Of a DNA stretch of 64,000 nt, positions 61,489 to 64,000 are shown one piece after another (position 1 is the first letter of the stretch; every line of letters begins with the position of its first letter). The DNA lies in contig CAWDVE010000010.1 of NCBI GenBank assembly GCA_963805625.1, positions 1,856,001 to 1,920,000 of the forward strand. Direction: 5' to 3'. The position numbers and the translations under genes are program-made. The stretch comes from an uncultured Candidatus Rokubacteria bacterium. GTDB taxonomy: Bacteria; Methylomirabilota; Methylomirabilia; Rokubacteriales; DASRDR01. The notes under the pieces were generated by a model. The model worked only from the letters and a program-made list of their open reading frames with translations. It did not search any database and had not been told where the DNA came from.

Positions 61489-62490
61489 ATGACAGAGAAG
61501 AGCCGGATGAAGCTGGGGATGACGCTCCCGATCGGTGTCGGCGCGCTGGGCGACGGCAAGCCGGTGCCCTGGACCGCGCTGCGGGAGATCGCGAAGCGCG
61601 GCGAGGAGGTCGGGTTCGACACGATCATGGCGCCGGACCACCTCATCTTCCGCCGGTCGCCGCCCGGAAACGTGCCGGCCATCGACATGCCGGAGGGCAA
61701 GAGCCGCGGCATCTGGGAGGTGTGGTCGGTGCTCAGCGCGGTGGCGGAGGCGACCCGCCGCATCCACCTCGGCACGCTCGTCGTCTGCACCGGCTTCCGC
61801 AACCCCGCGCTCCTGGCGAAGATGGCGGACACGCTGGACGAGATCAGCGGGGGGCGCGTCATGCTGGGCCTGGGCGCCGGCTGGCACCAGCCGGAGTACG
61901 AGGCCTTCGGCTACCCCTTCGACCACCGGGTGGGCCGCTTCGAGGAGGCGCTCCAGATCATCGTGCCGCTTCTGCGGCAGGGGCGGGTCGACTTCCAGGG
62001 CCAGTACTATCAGGCGCGGGCGTGCGAGCTTCTGCCCCGCGGGCCGCGCCCGAACGGGCTTCCGATCTTCATCGGGGCGCAGGGACCGCGGATGCTGCGG
62101 CTGGCGGCGCGCTACGCCGACAGCTTCGACGCCGATTACCAGACCGGGCCGGGGCCCGTCCTCGAGCGGCTCGCCGGTCTCGAGGCGGCGTGCCGCGACG
62201 TCGGACGCGATCCCGCCAGCATCGGCCGCATGGCCGCGACGCGCGTGGCCCTGGCCGGCCCGGGCAGCGCTTCCGGCTTCCAGGTCGGTCCCGCGAAGGA
62301 CGGCGTCGCCCAGTTCGACCTCGCCGGCGTGCGATTCCCCGCCCGGCTCGGCTCCGTGGAGGAGGTCGCCGCCCACCTCCGGGCGTTCGAGGCCATCGGG
62401 ATCGAGCACCTGACGGTCAACGTCGTCGACCCGCCCGGCGCGCGCGGCATCGAGCGCTTCGGGGCCGTGATCGAGGCGCTTCGCCGGTAG
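61489..62490 (+). CDS. LLM-class (possibly F420-dependent) oxidoreductase
   Basis: GFDTIMAPDH, FRNPALLAKMADTLDEISGGR, LGLGAGW and GPRMLRLAARYAD. Confidence 0.92.
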   Translation: MTEKSRMKLGMTLPIGVGALGDGKPVPWTALREIAKRGEEVGFDTIMAPDHLIFRRSPPGNVPAIDMPEGKSRGIWEVWSVLSAVAEATRRIHLGTLVVCTGFRNPALLAKMADTLDEISGGRVMLGLGAGWHQPEYEAFGYPFDHRVGRFEEALQIIVPLLRQGRVDFQGQYYQARACELLPRGPRPNGLPIFIGAQGPRMLRLAARYADSFDADYQTGPGPVLERLAGLEAACRDVGRDPASIGRMAATRVALAGPGSASGFQVGPAKDGVAQFDLAGVRFPARLGSVEEVAAHLRAFEAIGIEHLTVNVVDPPGARGIERFGAVIEALRR

Positions 62491-62521
62491 CGGCCCTTCT
62501 CACTGCACTGTCTACCGTGCA

Positions 62522-62545
62522 GGGTGCACTGTACACAGTGCACCC
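62522..62545. terminator. Perfect inverted repeat between convergent genes (probable bidirectional terminator)
   Basis: GGGTGCACTGT-AC-ACAGTGCACCC. Confidence 0.55.
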
Positions 62546-62580
62546 CCGTACCCGGGTCCGGAGAGACCGTCGCTCAGCTC

Positions 62581-63120
62581 TCAGCCCACCGAATGGCGCA
62601 ACACCGGGCCGCTGAGAGTGTCCGCGCCAATGGACAGATAGAGCTCGCGGTCGCTCACGGACAGGCTCCACGCCACGCGGCGCTCGAGACGCGCCGCCAG
62701 CGCGCCGATCAGCTTGCGGTCGATCGCGTAGAGCTCGAGCGCCTCGACGCGGTGGATCCGCGCGCCGGCGAGGCTCGCGATTAGCCGCGCCGGATCCTTG
62801 TGCGTGTACACGGCGACGCGCGGCACGGCCTTGGACGCTCGGTGCAGCCGTGCCGCGTCCGGCGTGCCCACGTCGATCCACGAGCGGAGCGCCCCGGTGA
62901 GATCACGAACCGCAATCGCCGGCTCGTCGGGCTCGGCCAACCCGCGCGAGAACTCGATACCCTCAGTGAACTCCAGCGCGTAGGCGAGGACGCGCGTCAC
63001 GAGATAGTCCTCGGTCTCGGACGGATGCCGGGCAACCCGGAGCGCCAGCGACTCGTAGACCTCCCGGTCCGAGTCCGCGAGGTCGATGTCGAAGGTGTGG
63101 ATCGTCGCGGTGAGTGCCAC
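62581..63120 (-). CDS. yaeQ: YaeQ family protein
   Basis: MALTATI..LRVARHPSET, FSRGL..DEP and WIDVG.P..RLHRASK. Confidence 0.92.
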   Translation of the reverse strand: MALTATIHTFDIDLADSDREVYESLALRVARHPSETEDYLVTRVLAYALEFTEGIEFSRGLAEPDEPAIAVRDLTGALRSWIDVGTPDAARLHRASKAVPRVAVYTHKDPARLIASLAGARIHRVEALELYAIDRKLIGALAARLERRVAWSLSVSDRELYLSIGADTLSGPVLRHSVG

Positions 63121-63144
63121 GCGGTCGCCTCGAGCTCGCGGAAA

Positions 63145-63486
63145 TCAGACCAGTTGCACGGAGTCGACAAGCCGAGCCACGCCCGCCAGTCTATCCATGA
63201 AGGCCTGCACGAAGGGCCCGAACATCCGGACGAGCAGCGCGCGCTCGCGGCCCGTGAAGGCGCAGCCATCTAGCCGGCTTGTGGTGGGGTCGAAGCTGAT
63301 GCTCTTTGAACGACCATCCGACGCCGACGCCGTGAACAGGCTACGCTCTTCCGACGCGATCTCTAACGGGAGGTTACGCAGGACGAGGACATCGCCGCCC
63401 TCGATGTACTCGGTCGCCGTTCCGGCGGGCGGTGCAACGGCCTCCCCGCCCCACGTCGTGACGGTGTTGATCGTACGAATGGCCAT
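63145..63486 (-). pseudogene. Truncated Kdo-hydroxylase-family (2OG/Fe) protein
   Basis: IEGGDVLVL..L....EER.LF....DGRSKSISFDP resembles the family N-terminus; only 113 aa. Confidence 0.5.
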
Positions 63487-63862
63487 TGGGGTCCTTCGCC
63501 GCCGGTGCCCTGAGTGTCGATTCTAGTCTAGCGACTCCGCCACTGCTGGTCACCGATGCCGCCGGGGCGTTCGCCCGGCACGCGGCTGCCGCGGCGTGAC
63601 GCCGGATTGTAGGCAGCTCGGGACCGTGAGGTCAACGGCCTGCGGCCTGCGGAGGATAGGAGTCGCCGCCGCGGCCCTCGGACAGATCTCCGGTCCGAGT
63701 CGGACAGCTCGATGTCGACGATCGTCGTGCTCGGATCCGATCATGGACGGGAACCGACCCGAGATGCGCTCGGAGGGACACAGCGGCGTCCCGCCAGACA
63801 GGCGCGAGAGGCGAACGGACCTTGCGCCCCGGCGGGCGCCCGGACTACGCTGGCTCCGTCCC

Positions 63863-64000
63863 ATGAGCGAGCTCCGCGCGGTTTCGACTGGACCGGGACG
63901 GAGAACCGCGACGCTTCGCGTGGGCGTGGTCGGCATCGGGCGACGCGGCCGGCAATGGCTGCGGATCGTCCGCGAGACGTCCGGCTTCGAGCTGGCGGCG
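63863..64000 (+). CDS. Gfo/Idh/MocA oxidoreductase, N-terminus (runs off window)
   Basis: LRVGVVGIGRRGRQW...GFELAA Rossmann start. Confidence 0.7.
   Translation, partial: MSELRAVSTGPGRRTATLRVGVVGIGRRGRQWLRIVRETSGFELAA

Noticed and set aside
62498-62545. CACAGTG/CACTGT heptamer-like repeats resembling RSS or CRISPR repeats
   Set aside because: A single short hairpin between convergent genes with no spacers or nonamer; best explained as a terminator.
1-64000. tRNA, rRNA, CRISPR-cas, integron integrase, phage or defence genes
   Set aside because: No signature sequences recognised in this window.

Overview
High-GC (roughly 70% by eye) bacterial chromosomal window. The gene content (orphan peptide ABC permeases, LLM enzymes, archaeal-type C1 genes, truncated serine recombinase) suggests Candidatus Rokubacteria/Methylomirabilota or a similar soil lineage; this taxonomy is inference only. 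It is mostly accessory catabolic and transport genes, interspersed with many small pseudogene relics and one intact IS1380 element (17-bp IRs, CTAG target duplication). No rRNA, tRNA or CRISPR array was recognised. Highlights: (1) a 12.7-kb co-oriented minus-strand cluster (ThDP enzyme, two Zn dehydrogenases, TRAP transporter, type II dehydroquinase, TetR, CitD-CitE fusion, CitF, LLM) that may encode an undescribed non-aromatic quinate/shikimate ring-cleavage route ending in a citrate-lyase-like step; (2) an mtdA/mtdC - DUF1464 - OrfY-like ATP-grasp operon linking an uncharacterised archaeal ASKHA family to methanopterin/methanofuran C1 metabolism; (3) a solitary attC-like hairpin marking a former integron cassette; (4) a Met/Gly-rich periplasmic protein - DUF2892 - RND module and a His-rich protein - 4Fe-4S membrane protein pair; (5) an eroded zwf/fba/DUF2090 operon around an intact gnd. 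All family calls come from motif recognition by eye, not database searches.
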